Of a stretch of DNA of 64,000 nt, positions 36,364-45,482 are shown one piece after another. The translations under genes were made by a program, and so were the position numbers. Origin of the DNA: Abditibacterium sp. (GTDB lineage: Bacteria; Armatimonadota; Abditibacteriia; Abditibacteriales; Abditibacteriaceae); contig CBDASK010000003.1 in assembly GCA_965199495.1 (NCBI GenBank), positions 3,136,001-3,200,000 on the forward strand. The letters are read 5' to 3'. Below the pieces are notes generated by a model, which was not told the origin of the DNA, did no database searches, and saw only the letters and a list, made by a program, of their open reading frames with translations. Position 1 is the first letter of the stretch, and every line of letters starts with the position of its first letter.

Positions 36364-36496
36364 GCCACCAAGTGCGCGAAGGGGCACAAAGATGGGAAAA
36401 GAAATTAATTTGTAAAAGCAAAACTATGAAATTTAGTTCTGTTCCTTTTTAATCTCTTTTCCCATCTTTGTGCCCCTTCGCGCACTTGGTGGCTTA
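36361..36496. repeat. Perfect 42-bp inverted-repeat element whose ends are the stop codons of both flanking genes
   Basis: TAAgccaccaagtgcgcgaaggggcacaaag... at 36361-36402 and the inverted copy at 36455-36496. Confidence 0.9.
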
Positions 36497-36709
36497 TTTC
36501 AAATCGTCGAATGTGGTTTGGTCTATTCCCAATTGGCGCAAAATATCGTAATAAAGCCGATTTCTGATTGTCGTAGAAGGATGAACTGGAATCGTTGTTG
36601 CCCGACCATCGGGATGAATCCAGGGTTGATGACTGCCTTTTTGACGCGATATGGCGAAACCTAATTTGCGCGCGACGCGCTGAAACTCGGACGATTTTGC
36701 ATCAGGCAC
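36494..36709 (-). CDS. hicA: HicA-family toxin
   Basis: LGF...RQKGSH...HPDGR.TTIPVH motif. Confidence 0.88.
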   Translation of the reverse strand: MPDAKSSEFQRVARKLGFAISRQKGSHQPWIHPDGRATTIPVHPSTTIRNRLYYDILRQLGIDQTTFDDLK

Positions 36710-36914
36710 AAACAAGCTCCCGATTGGCGGGCAACGCTTCGCCGCGCGCGCGAAACTCGTCCGTAATCATCTCAAATACGAGTTGAAGTTCATCTAACGC
36801 TTCATCACGCGTTGGCATGAGCGCGTGACAACCTTCGATGGACGGGATTTGAGCGACCCACCAACCATCGCTCTGCCGGTAAAGCACAATGTGGTAATCG
36901 TTTATCGTTGACAT
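36702..36914 (-). CDS. hicB: HicB-family antitoxin (short form)
   Basis: DGWWVAQIPSIEGC...TRDEAL...GEALP motif; overlaps the hicA start. Confidence 0.85.
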   Translation of the reverse strand: MSTINDYHIVLYRQSDGWWVAQIPSIEGCHALMPTRDEALDELQLVFEMITDEFRARGEALPANRELVCA

Positions 36915-36935
36915 AATTCAAGTTTACTCGCGCGT

Positions 36936-38204
36936 TTAATTCAACGGGCGCAAAACCATTCCCGTCATCAATTTTGGATAAAAATAAGTGGACTTCTGTG
37001 GCATCTTTTCGCCCGACGCCGCGACTTCCGCGACCTGTTTGGCGGGCGTCGCACGCATCAAAAACGCCGCTTGCGCCGCGCCGCTCTCGACTTTTTCTAT
37101 CGCTTCTGCCGCATGAATCGTGTAACCGACGTGCTGCCCCGCCGCGAGTTTGTCGGCGTCAATGCCCAGTTCTTGTTCCAAGATTTGGTTGTGCAAAACC
37201 GAAACGTCCAACTTTTCCAACGCGCTTTGGGCGTTATTTTCGCGGAGCGTCAAAAGATAGCTCTGGCCGGGCAAATGCAAACCTAATTTCGCATTTCCGC
37301 CTTCATCGGCCAGCGCCTTCGATACAGCCACGGCGCCGCCATCGAGCGGCGTAACATCGAACAACTGTTTCAATGATGCGGGCAAATTCGCGACTTTTTC
37401 TGGCTCGACATTTTGGATCAAACGATGCGTCGGCAACACGATTAAACCGGCATCGTTCATCGAAACGCACATCATCATCACGCCGTTGGCGGCTTCGGCG
37501 CCCGTCCAATTTTCGCCCGCTTTTTCGCGCTGTTCGCGCATATAATTGAGCGCTGTTTCGTAGCGATGATGCCCATCGGCGATGAGAATATTCTCGTTCT
37601 CGAAGCCGGCTTCGATGCCGTTGACGGTTTCGTCGTCGGTGATTTTCCACAAACGATGCACAACGCCCTCGCCATCAGTCGCCACGCCGTCCGGGGCAGT
37701 CTCGCTAACGCTGTCCAAAAGCAGTTCAACCCACGCATCGTCGTCGGCGATTAATCCGAAAATCGGCGAAATATTGGTTTGCGTAGCGCGCAACAAATTC
37801 AAGCGGTCAGCTTTGGGGCCGCTCAGCGTGTGTTCGTGCGGTTGCACGCCTTCGCCAAACTCTTCCAAAGTGAGAGCGCCCATCACGCCGCGCCGTTTAA
37901 CCGTGTCGGGCGTGCCGGGCACGGCGAACTCTTGTTCATAAAGATAATACGACGAATCGTCGCGCACCAAAACGCCTTCGCTGATCCACTGCGAAAGTAA
38001 ATCGGCGGATTGTTGGTATTGCCCCGCCGTGGCTGCTTCGCCGTAGGGCGCGGCCAGTTCGACGGCGACGATGTTATGCGCGTCGCGCTGCATAAGTTCG
38101 GCGCGCGCGTCGCCTTTGATCACGTCGTAAGGCGGGCAAATGACGGCGGAGAGATCGGCGTCGGAAGAATAGCGGAGACCGCGAAAGGGAAGAAATTGTG
38201 CCAT
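36936..38204 (-). CDS. DUF1015 family protein
   Basis: PPYDVI, PHEHTL, IADGHHRY and MPQKSTYFYPK motifs. Confidence 0.9.
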   Translation of the reverse strand: MAQFLPFRGLRYSSDADLSAVICPPYDVIKGDARAELMQRDAHNIVAVELAAPYGEAATAGQYQQSADLLSQWISEGVLVRDDSSYYLYEQEFAVPGTPDTVKRRGVMGALTLEEFGEGVQPHEHTLSGPKADRLNLLRATQTNISPIFGLIADDDAWVELLLDSVSETAPDGVATDGEGVVHRLWKITDDETVNGIEAGFENENILIADGHHRYETALNYMREQREKAGENWTGAEAANGVMMMCVSMNDAGLIVLPTHRLIQNVEPEKVANLPASLKQLFDVTPLDGGAVAVSKALADEGGNAKLGLHLPGQSYLLTLRENNAQSALEKLDVSVLHNQILEQELGIDADKLAAGQHVGYTIHAAEAIEKVESGAAQAAFLMRATPAKQVAEVAASGEKMPQKSTYFYPKLMTGMVLRPLN

Positions 38205-38246
38205 GATTTTTTAGGTTTTTGGGAGAAATGGTAAGTTTCATCGCCT

Positions 38247-38343
38247 CGTAGAGACGCCGATTTATCGCGTCTAAAACGTGAATGAATCCGCAAAGTTAGC
38301 GGGAATTATGACGTTTTAGACGCGATAAATCGGCGTCTCTACG
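38247..38343. repeat. REPIN-like doublet of GTAGAGACGCCGATTTATCGCGTCT
   Basis: 33-bp inverted arms; other copies at 51598 and 52333. Confidence 0.9.
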
Positions 38344-38358
38344 GGAACAAAGCGAACT

Positions 38359-40185
38359 CTAATTATCCAATAATGCCGCCCGCTTACGCGCGGAGGCCTC
38401 CAAATCGGAAGCCAACGCATCATCGCGTTCGGCGCACGCCGCCGCCAATCGCTCTTCGCTCTGGCCCAGCGCGGCCAGAACTTCGGCGCGCGCTAAAGCC
38501 GGGTTGACGGTTTGCGCGACGGCTTTTTGCAACGCATCGGAAAAGCTCAATTGCGCCGCGTCCATTTCAACATGATCGACTTGTTCGATGCCCGTCGCCA
38601 ACAGCGAAATGCCGGTCATCGCGGCGGGTTTTTCGATGTTCATCAAGTCGAGTAATGTCGGCGCGATGTCGGCCAAACGTCCGCCGCCACGCAAAACGGC
38701 GCCTTCGGGGAAATGGCCCCACAGCGCGCACGGAACCGGATTCGTCGTGTGCGCCGTGTGCGGCTCGCCGGTTATCGGGTCAACCATCACTTCGCAATTG
38801 CCGTGATCGGCGATGACAATTAAAGCGCCGCCAACGCCTTCGATGGCGTCCATCACTATGCCCAAACCTTCGTCAGTCGCTTCGACGGCTTCAATCGCTG
38901 CGCTCAAAATGCCGGTGTGACCGACCATATCGGGGTTGGCGAAGTTGAGAATAATCAAGTCCAAATTGCCGCTTTCGATGGCGTATTTGACCGATTCAGC
39001 GACTTCGGGTTCGCTCATTTCGGGCTGCAAATCGTAAGTCGCTACGTCGGGCGAATTAACTAAGCTGCGTTCTTCGCCCGTCCAGGGCGTTTCCATGCCG
39101 CCCGAAAAGAAGAACGTGACGTGCGGATACTTCTCGGTCTCAGCGATGCGCAACTGCGTTTTTCCGGCTTTGGCGACGGTTTCGCCCAGACCGTCGCGTT
39201 GTGGGCGCGGCCCGAACGCATACGGCGCGGTTTGGTTTTCCGCATAACGCGTCATCGTCGTCCATAAAACATCGGGACGCACTTTGCGCACAAACGGCGC
39301 GCGCTCCGCGTCGGGCGGCGTGGCTGGTAGGTCGGCGTCGAAGTCGGGATCCAAAAACACGTCGGTCAGTTCGCGGCCCCGATCCGAGCGATAATTAAAG
39401 AAAATGACCGCGTCGCCATCTTCGATGCGCGGGCGCGGGTTGCCGTCTTTGTCGAGAACAACCGTCGCGCCGATAAATTCGTCGGTTTCGCCGCGCTCGT
39501 AAGCGGCTTTAATCGCGCTAATCGCGTCGGGCGCGCTGTGGCCGATGCCCTGCGTCAACAGTTCATACGCCTGTTTCACGCGCGGCCAGCGCGTGTCTCT
39601 GTCCATCGCGTAATAGCGCCCGACGACCGAACCGACGCAACCGCATCCGGTTTTCATCATCTGTTCGAGCAAACGCGAAACGTAGCCCAGACCCGATTGC
39701 GGCGGCGTATCGCGCCCATCGGTGAAAACGTGAAATACGACTTTATCGCCGGTCAAACCGTGGCGCGCCGCCATTTCGAGTAAAGCGAAATAATGGCCTT
39801 CTGAGGCGTGAACGTTGCCATTTGAAGTCAAACCCAGCAAATGCAAACGCGTGTTATTTTCTTTGACTTTATGAATCGCGGCGAGCAAATTTTCGTTGTC
39901 GAAAAATTCGCCGGTGCGAATGGACTGGTCAATCAGCGACGAATCCTGAAACACGATGCGCCCGGCGCCGATGTTGAGATGGCCGACTTCGGAGTTGCCC
40001 ATCACGCCGGGCGGCAAACCAACGTCAACGCCGTGCGCGACGAGTTGCGTGTGCGGCCCGCGCATCAAACGGTCGTAGTTGGGCGTGCGCGCCTGCGCGA
40101 CGGCGTTATTTTCGGGGTTATCGGAAAGGCCCCAGCCGTCCAAAATGGTCAGCATCACGGGGCGCGGAGTGGTTTGTTCAGACAT
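38359..40185 (-). CDS. gpmI: 2,3-bisphosphoglycerate-independent phosphoglycerate mutase with C-terminal extension
   Basis: ILDGWG, MGNSEVGH, GRYYAMDRD, NPDMVGHTG and ADHGN motifs. Confidence 0.95.
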   Translation of the reverse strand: MSEQTTPRPVMLTILDGWGLSDNPENNAVAQARTPNYDRLMRGPHTQLVAHGVDVGLPPGVMGNSEVGHLNIGAGRIVFQDSSLIDQSIRTGEFFDNENLLAAIHKVKENNTRLHLLGLTSNGNVHASEGHYFALLEMAARHGLTGDKVVFHVFTDGRDTPPQSGLGYVSRLLEQMMKTGCGCVGSVVGRYYAMDRDTRWPRVKQAYELLTQGIGHSAPDAISAIKAAYERGETDEFIGATVVLDKDGNPRPRIEDGDAVIFFNYRSDRGRELTDVFLDPDFDADLPATPPDAERAPFVRKVRPDVLWTTMTRYAENQTAPYAFGPRPQRDGLGETVAKAGKTQLRIAETEKYPHVTFFFSGGMETPWTGEERSLVNSPDVATYDLQPEMSEPEVAESVKYAIESGNLDLIILNFANPDMVGHTGILSAAIEAVEATDEGLGIVMDAIEGVGGALIVIADHGNCEVMVDPITGEPHTAHTTNPVPCALWGHFPEGAVLRGGGRLADIAPTLLDLMNIEKPAAMTGISLLATGIEQVDHVEMDAAQLSFSDALQKAVAQTVNPALARAEVLAALGQSEERLAAACAERDDALASDLEASARKRAALLDN

Positions 40186-40241
40186 AAAGCGAACGCGAGT
40201 TTAAAAGAATCGCTTGAGAGGGGTTCGATTGGCGCCCCAAT

Positions 40242-41174
40242 TCAAGCAGCCACGGCGCGCAGCAAGTCTTCGACATGACGGCGCGGCGGCGCGCCGAAAA
40301 AACGGCGATAATCGCGGCTGAAATGCGATGGGTCGTCGTAACCGACGCGCCCGCCCGCGCTGGCGGCGTCCAGTTCGCCCGCGAGCATCAGGCGTTTGGC
40401 CTCTTGCAAGCGCATCTGCTTGCCGAATTGCAGCGGGCTAAGGCCAGTCACGTCCTTGAAATGATGATGCAGCGCCGACAAACTCATGCCGGTTTCGCGC
40501 GCTAATTTTTCCAATTTTAGCGGCTTGTCGAAGTTCTGGCGCACCCATTCGATGGCGCCCAGAACGCGTTGCGTTTGTCCGCCGCTCGCCGCGATTTGAT
40601 GCAGACGCGGTGCTTGATCGGTTTGCAGCAGACGATAAACGATTTCGCGCGTTAACAAAGGCGCCAGAAATTTGGCGTCGTTTGGCGTCTCGAACAAACG
40701 CGCCAAACGCACGACGGCATCGAGCAAATTGGCGTTAATCGCGGGCGTTTCCATCGCCGCTAACGGCGCGCTGGAAGCTGGAAGTGCCAATTCGCTTTCG
40801 ACGAAGACCGAAGCGATGGTCGCCGCATCGAGTTCGAGCATGACCCACAAACACGGACAATGCGGCGTCGCTTCGATGACTTGTCCCGACGCGGGCAACG
40901 CGACTGAATTGAGCAAAAAGCGGCCTCGATTGTAGACCAAGTTTTGCGCGCCCATCGTAATTTGTTTGGCGCCTTGCGCCATGACGCACAGCATCGGCGT
41001 GTAAATCGCGTGGCTGGGCGCGGTTGGGCGATTGGCGCGCAAAGCCCACAGCGGCCCCAAACGAACGTGCGCGTCAAAATCGCCCAATGCCGCGCCCCCC
41101 GCGACGGCGCGTTCGATGATTTGTGCGAGTTCGTCCAATAAATTATCGAGTTCTGGCGAGTGTGAATTGGGCAT
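40242..41174 (-). CDS. AraC family regulator (YqhC-like)
   Basis: QGAK, REIVYRLL and VGYDDPSHFSRDYRRFFG motifs. Confidence 0.9.
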   Translation of the reverse strand: MPNSHSPELDNLLDELAQIIERAVAGGAALGDFDAHVRLGPLWALRANRPTAPSHAIYTPMLCVMAQGAKQITMGAQNLVYNRGRFLLNSVALPASGQVIEATPHCPCLWVMLELDAATIASVFVESELALPASSAPLAAMETPAINANLLDAVVRLARLFETPNDAKFLAPLLTREIVYRLLQTDQAPRLHQIAASGGQTQRVLGAIEWVRQNFDKPLKLEKLARETGMSLSALHHHFKDVTGLSPLQFGKQMRLQEAKRLMLAGELDAASAGGRVGYDDPSHFSRDYRRFFGAPPRRHVEDLLRAVAA

Positions 41175-41312
41175 CGCAGTTTCAGACGCGTAGCTTCGTC
41201 GCGGCTCCGCATTTTGCAGGATCGTCCAATGAAAAACGAAGATTGTTCAAGTCGTTGGCGTTTTTACAACGTTTGTTCAATGCAGCAAAAAAACTGCCGA
41301 CAGGAATCAACA

Positions 41313-42365
41313 ATGACGAAAACTTTAGCTTACGCGGCGCAGTCCGCGACGACACCGATGGCGCCGTGGGAATTTGAGCGCCGCGAATTGCGCGCCGACG
41401 ACGCGGACATCGAAATATTATATTGCGGCGTCTGTCACACCGACATTCACATGACGCGCGACGAGTGGGGCGGCGGCGTTTTCCCGATGGTGCCCGGCCA
41501 CGAAATCATCGGGCGCGTCGTTGGCGTCGGCAGCGCCGTGACCAAACACCAAGTTGGCGATATGGTCGGCGTCGGCACTCTGGTGGATTCGTGCCGCGAA
41601 TGCGCGGCTTGCCAGCAAGATTTGGAAGTGTATTGCGAGCAATATCCGACTTCGACTTACGGCGCGCGCGACCGTCACGACGGCTCCCTGACTTACGGCG
41701 GTTACTCGCAGCGCATCGTGACGGCGGAGCATTTCGTGTTGAAATTGCCCGAAGGTTTAAACCCGAAATCTGCCGGGCCGCTGCTCTGCGCGGGCATCAC
41801 GACTTACTCGCCGCTGCGCCACTGGAAAGTCGGGCCGGGACAACGCGTCGCGGTCATCGGTTTGGGCGGTTTGGGCCACATGGGAATCAAATTCGCTCAC
41901 GCGATGGGCGCGCAGGTCACGCTGTTCACGCGCAGCGCAGACAAAGCCGAAGAAGCCACGCGATTGGGCGCCACAAACGTGATAATTTCGACCGATGCGG
42001 AACAGATGAAAGCGGCGGGCAACAGTTTCGATTTGATTCTCGATACGGTTCCGGTCGCCCACGATTTGAACCCGTATCTGGCGACTTTGAAGCTAAACGG
42101 CACCTTCGTCATCGTCGGCCAACTGGACGCGATTGACCCGACAGTGCAGGCGGTTTCGTTGATTTTGAACCGTCGTTCGCTGGCCGGTTCGGGCAGCGGA
42201 GGCGTTGCTGAGACGCAGGAAATGCTCGAATTCTGCGCCGAAAAAGGTATCACTTGCGACGTGGAAATGATTGATATTCAAGACATCAATCAGGCGTTCG
42301 AGCGCGTGGTGAAAAGCGATGTGCGCTATCGTTTCGTGATCGATATGGCGTCGCTGAAAAAGTAG
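41313..42365 (+). CDS. NAD(P)-dependent zinc alcohol dehydrogenase (YahK/CAD-like)
   Basis: CGVCHTD, PGHE, CRECAAC, GLGGLG and YRFVID motifs. Confidence 0.92.
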   Translation: MTKTLAYAAQSATTPMAPWEFERRELRADDADIEILYCGVCHTDIHMTRDEWGGGVFPMVPGHEIIGRVVGVGSAVTKHQVGDMVGVGTLVDSCRECAACQQDLEVYCEQYPTSTYGARDRHDGSLTYGGYSQRIVTAEHFVLKLPEGLNPKSAGPLLCAGITTYSPLRHWKVGPGQRVAVIGLGGLGHMGIKFAHAMGAQVTLFTRSADKAEEATRLGATNVIISTDAEQMKAAGNSFDLILDTVPVAHDLNPYLATLKLNGTFVIVGQLDAIDPTVQAVSLILNRRSLAGSGSGGVAETQEMLEFCAEKGITCDVEMIDIQDINQAFERVVKSDVRYRFVIDMASLKK

Positions 42366-42385
42366 GGGAGCGCATAAAATAAATC

Positions 42386-43354
42386 ATGTCACAGAATTCA
42401 AACCCAACGAAAACGATGAAAGCGATGATGGTGCCGCAATTTGGCGGGAGCGACCAATTTCGCATGGAACAGATCGAACGTCCCGCCCCCAAAGCTGGCG
42501 AAGTGCTGATTCGGATCGCGGGAACGAGCGTGAATCCGGTTGATGTCAAAGCCCGCGCGGGCGAACTTCCGCAGATGTTTCCCCCGGCGCGACTGCCATT
42601 TTTGCTCGGATTCGATGCCAGTGGCCGAGTGGAAGAGTTGGGCGCGGGCGTCAGCGATTGGAAAATTGGCGATACGGTTTATGGCTTTCCCGCGATGGAT
42701 CCGGGCACCTTCGCCGAATATGTTTGCATTGATGCGAATAACGTCGCCGCGCCGCCGCAATCTTTGGCGCTGGCCGATGCGGGCGCAATTCCCCTCGCGG
42801 CGATGACGGCGTGGCATGGTCTGATCACACAGGGCGAAATGAAGCGCGGTCAAAGCGTGCTAATTCAGGGCGGATCGGGCGGCGTCGGTCATTTCGCCGT
42901 GCAGTTCGCTCATCGGTTGGGCGCTAAGGTTTACGTCACGGCGTCGGGCAAAAATCAGGATTTTCTGCGCGAACTGGGCGCGGACATGGCGATTGATTAC
43001 AACACCGATGAACTTCAAGAGTTGGCGGGCCAGATGGATTTGGTGTTCGACCTCGCGTTTTTCAAAACGCAGGAAAAATCGTGGGCGTGCCTGAAACCCG
43101 ACGGGATGCTGGTGATGGCGGCGGGGCAACCCAATATGACGCTGGCCACTTCGCCCAATCAACGCGCCCTTTTTGCGATGGCGCAATCCACGAGCGACGA
43201 TTTGGCGCGCGTCGCCAAAATGGTGGATGACAACGAAGTGCGCCTCACGATTTCTGGGCGTTTTGATTTGGAACAAGTCGGCGCCGCGCAAGACCAATTG
43301 GATCGCGGCGGCAATCGGGGCAAATTGTTGGTGACCGTCGCGCCAGAACTCTAA
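42386..43354 (+). CDS. NADP-dependent quinone oxidoreductase (MDR family)
   Basis: SVNPVD and GGSGGVG motifs. Confidence 0.88.
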   Translation: MSQNSNPTKTMKAMMVPQFGGSDQFRMEQIERPAPKAGEVLIRIAGTSVNPVDVKARAGELPQMFPPARLPFLLGFDASGRVEELGAGVSDWKIGDTVYGFPAMDPGTFAEYVCIDANNVAAPPQSLALADAGAIPLAAMTAWHGLITQGEMKRGQSVLIQGGSGGVGHFAVQFAHRLGAKVYVTASGKNQDFLRELGADMAIDYNTDELQELAGQMDLVFDLAFFKTQEKSWACLKPDGMLVMAAGQPNMTLATSPNQRALFAMAQSTSDDLARVAKMVDDNEVRLTISGRFDLEQVGAAQDQLDRGGNRGKLLVTVAPEL

Positions 43355-43475
43355 AGTTGGAAGCCGCTTTCGAGCGCAAAATTAAAAATATAAAAACATG
43401 ACACGTCGGCCTCGTCGGAGCCAATCCGAACCAGAGTTGGGCCAAACTTTCGCATTTGCTTGCGATTGCGGCTTT

Positions 43476-43498
43476 GCGAACACAAGATTCGCCCCTAC
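43476..43498 (-). repeat. Single GTAG-type REP (GTAGGGGCGAATCTTGTGTTCGC)
   Basis: GTAG tetranucleotide followed by a GCGAA...TTCGC palindrome. Confidence 0.6.
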
Positions 43499-43521
43499 GA
43501 AAAAACGTAATCAACCAATAT

Positions 43522-44463
43522 TCAGCCCGCGTAAATTTCCAGTTCCCAATCTTCCAATTCCGGTTCGGGCGAATCGCGCGCGAACTCGACCGCCGCTTCG
43601 ATTTCGGCTTCGACAGCAGCAGCCACGGCGGCGTAATCGTCATCGCTAATATTCATCGCGCGACGCAATTGCAAAATTGGGTCGCGCAATTTTTCGCGGT
43701 CTTCTTCTTCGCGCGTGCGGTAATCGCGCATATCGCTTTTGGAGTGGCCGTAATAACGATAGGTTTTCATCTCCAACAAACTCGGCCCTTGGCCGTCGCG
43801 CGCGCGCGTGGCTGCTATCTCGACGGCATTGCGCACGGCGAAGAAATCGCTGCCATCGGTGACGCTGCCCGGCACGCCATAACCGATGGCGCGCGCGGCG
43901 ATGTCGGGCGTGGCGAAGGCTTCGTCGAAACGCGTGGACATCGCGTATTGATTGTTTTCGCAGATGAACAAAACCGGCAGTTTCCAGATCGCCGCCATAT
44001 TCAAACTTTCGTGAAACGTGCCCTGATTGGCGCCGCCCTCGCCGAAAAATGTGGCGACGATTTGCCCGCTTTCACGCATCTGCGCGCTCAAGCCCGCGCC
44101 GGTGGCTATTGGCAGGCCGCCTGCCGTGATGCCGTTTGAACCTAAAAAACCAATCCCATAATCGGCGACGTGCTGCGAGCCGCCGCGCCCTTTGCTCGGC
44201 CCGCCCGATTTCCCCCAGATTTCGGCCATCAAAGCCGGAGCGCTACCGCCTTTGGCCAGAAAATGGCCGTGCCCGCGATGCGTCGAAGTCATTAAATCGT
44301 CATCGCGCAAAACGGCGCACACGCCACAAGCCACGGCCTCTTGACCGGCGTAAAGATGCGACGTGCCTTTAATGACGCCGCTCGAAAACAGTTCGTCGAG
44401 CTTTTCTTCAAAGCGGCGAATTAAAAGCATCTGGCGCAAAACGGGGAGCAGTTGTTGGGGCAT
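43522..44463 (-). CDS. TPP-dependent dehydrogenase E1 alpha subunit (pyruvate/acetoin type), stand-alone
   Basis: HLYAGQEA, THRGHGH, GEGGANQG...ENNQY and YRYYGHS motifs. Confidence 0.9.
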   Translation of the reverse strand: MPQQLLPVLRQMLLIRRFEEKLDELFSSGVIKGTSHLYAGQEAVACGVCAVLRDDDLMTSTHRGHGHFLAKGGSAPALMAEIWGKSGGPSKGRGGSQHVADYGIGFLGSNGITAGGLPIATGAGLSAQMRESGQIVATFFGEGGANQGTFHESLNMAAIWKLPVLFICENNQYAMSTRFDEAFATPDIAARAIGYGVPGSVTDGSDFFAVRNAVEIAATRARDGQGPSLLEMKTYRYYGHSKSDMRDYRTREEEDREKLRDPILQLRRAMNISDDDYAAVAAAVEAEIEAAVEFARDSPEPELEDWELEIYAG

Positions 44464-44535
44464 AAAATAAGTTTGACAGACGTTCAGTTCTCTGGTGCCG
44501 CAAGTTAAACTTTGGTTTGGAGTTAATAAATTTTT

Positions 44536-45042
44536 ATGCCCCATTATTTCTACAATGGCGAGTTCACCAGCGAAGGAGATTTCGGCGACTCAGACCCACA
44601 TTCACGCGATGAGAACGGAGATTTTAGTGGCTATTATTCGGCCAATGCGCGGTTTGAGGCCAGCCAGTTACCCGCGCGCACACGCCGAATTCTCGGTGTT
44701 TTTGCCAATATGGGTGCGACTCATGTTCATTGTTCCTATAACGGCGGCTTCGACGAAGGATTCGCATTTTTCGAGGCGCTGACCGTTCACGGCGAAAAAG
44801 TCGAAAAAGCGACTGTCATTGAGCGCATCATTGCTAATTCGTTAGATCAAATGCCGGATTATGAATTTAACGGATATGAGCCAAATTCGCCTGAAGAGAA
44901 AATTGGCAATTTGCTCGATTGGTATTTCGCCGATGTTCTGGCGACGCTCTTGTTAGGGCGTGGCTATGGAACGGGCGAAGGTTCGATGCGCGGCGCTTTT
45001 GTAGCCGATTTAGGGAGCGGCCAAATCACTGACCAAGAGTAA
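44536..45042 (+). CDS. Hypothetical protein, DUF6878-like
   Basis: Acidic protein with VHCSYNGGFDEG and GYGTGEG; lies directly upstream of the DUF6915-like gene. Confidence 0.5.
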   Translation: MPHYFYNGEFTSEGDFGDSDPHSRDENGDFSGYYSANARFEASQLPARTRRILGVFANMGATHVHCSYNGGFDEGFAFFEALTVHGEKVEKATVIERIIANSLDQMPDYEFNGYEPNSPEEKIGNLLDWYFADVLATLLLGRGYGTGEGSMRGAFVADLGSGQITDQE

Positions 45043-45048
45043 ATTTTC

Positions 45049-45456
45049 ATGGCTCATCCTTATCATCACGCCGTTCGTTCGGCCAAATTGTTCGGCGGCG
45101 AGCCAGAAGATTATCTGGCGATTCATTCGTGGTTCGACGAGTCAAAAGCGTTTATGCCCGACATTCGGCATCGGGCTTTGCGCCATCACAGCGAAGGCAT
45201 CTTTTTGTGCGAGAGCATTTTTGGCGTGACGCTGGGAAACAGCGCCGGACGCAAGGTGCCCGTGCGTTCGATTGGCGAACAGCACGTTCAAGACGATTTA
45301 GGTTGGATTCCCACGGTCAAAGATTGGCTGGGCCAAATGCCGATTCAGCCTTGGATGGGCCGCACGCCTTTTCGTCCGGCCCGCGAAGCAAGCCGGGAAT
45401 CGGAGCAAACGAAGGACGCGGAATCACAACGACAAAACGGCCCGATTTCGCAGTGA
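45049..45456 (+). CDS. DUF6915-like His-rich protein
   Basis: MAHPYHHA, IHSWFDESK, RHRALRHHSEG and EQHVQDDLG motifs. Confidence 0.75.
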   Translation: MAHPYHHAVRSAKLFGGEPEDYLAIHSWFDESKAFMPDIRHRALRHHSEGIFLCESIFGVTLGNSAGRKVPVRSIGEQHVQDDLGWIPTVKDWLGQMPIQPWMGRTPFRPAREASRESEQTKDAESQRQNGPISQ

Positions 45457-45470
45457 AAGCGGGCCGTTTT
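45434..45470. terminator. Bidirectional terminator
   Basis: aaaacggcccg...cgggccgtttt hairpin between convergent genes. Confidence 0.7.
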
Positions 45471-45482
45471 AATTCCGTCCAA

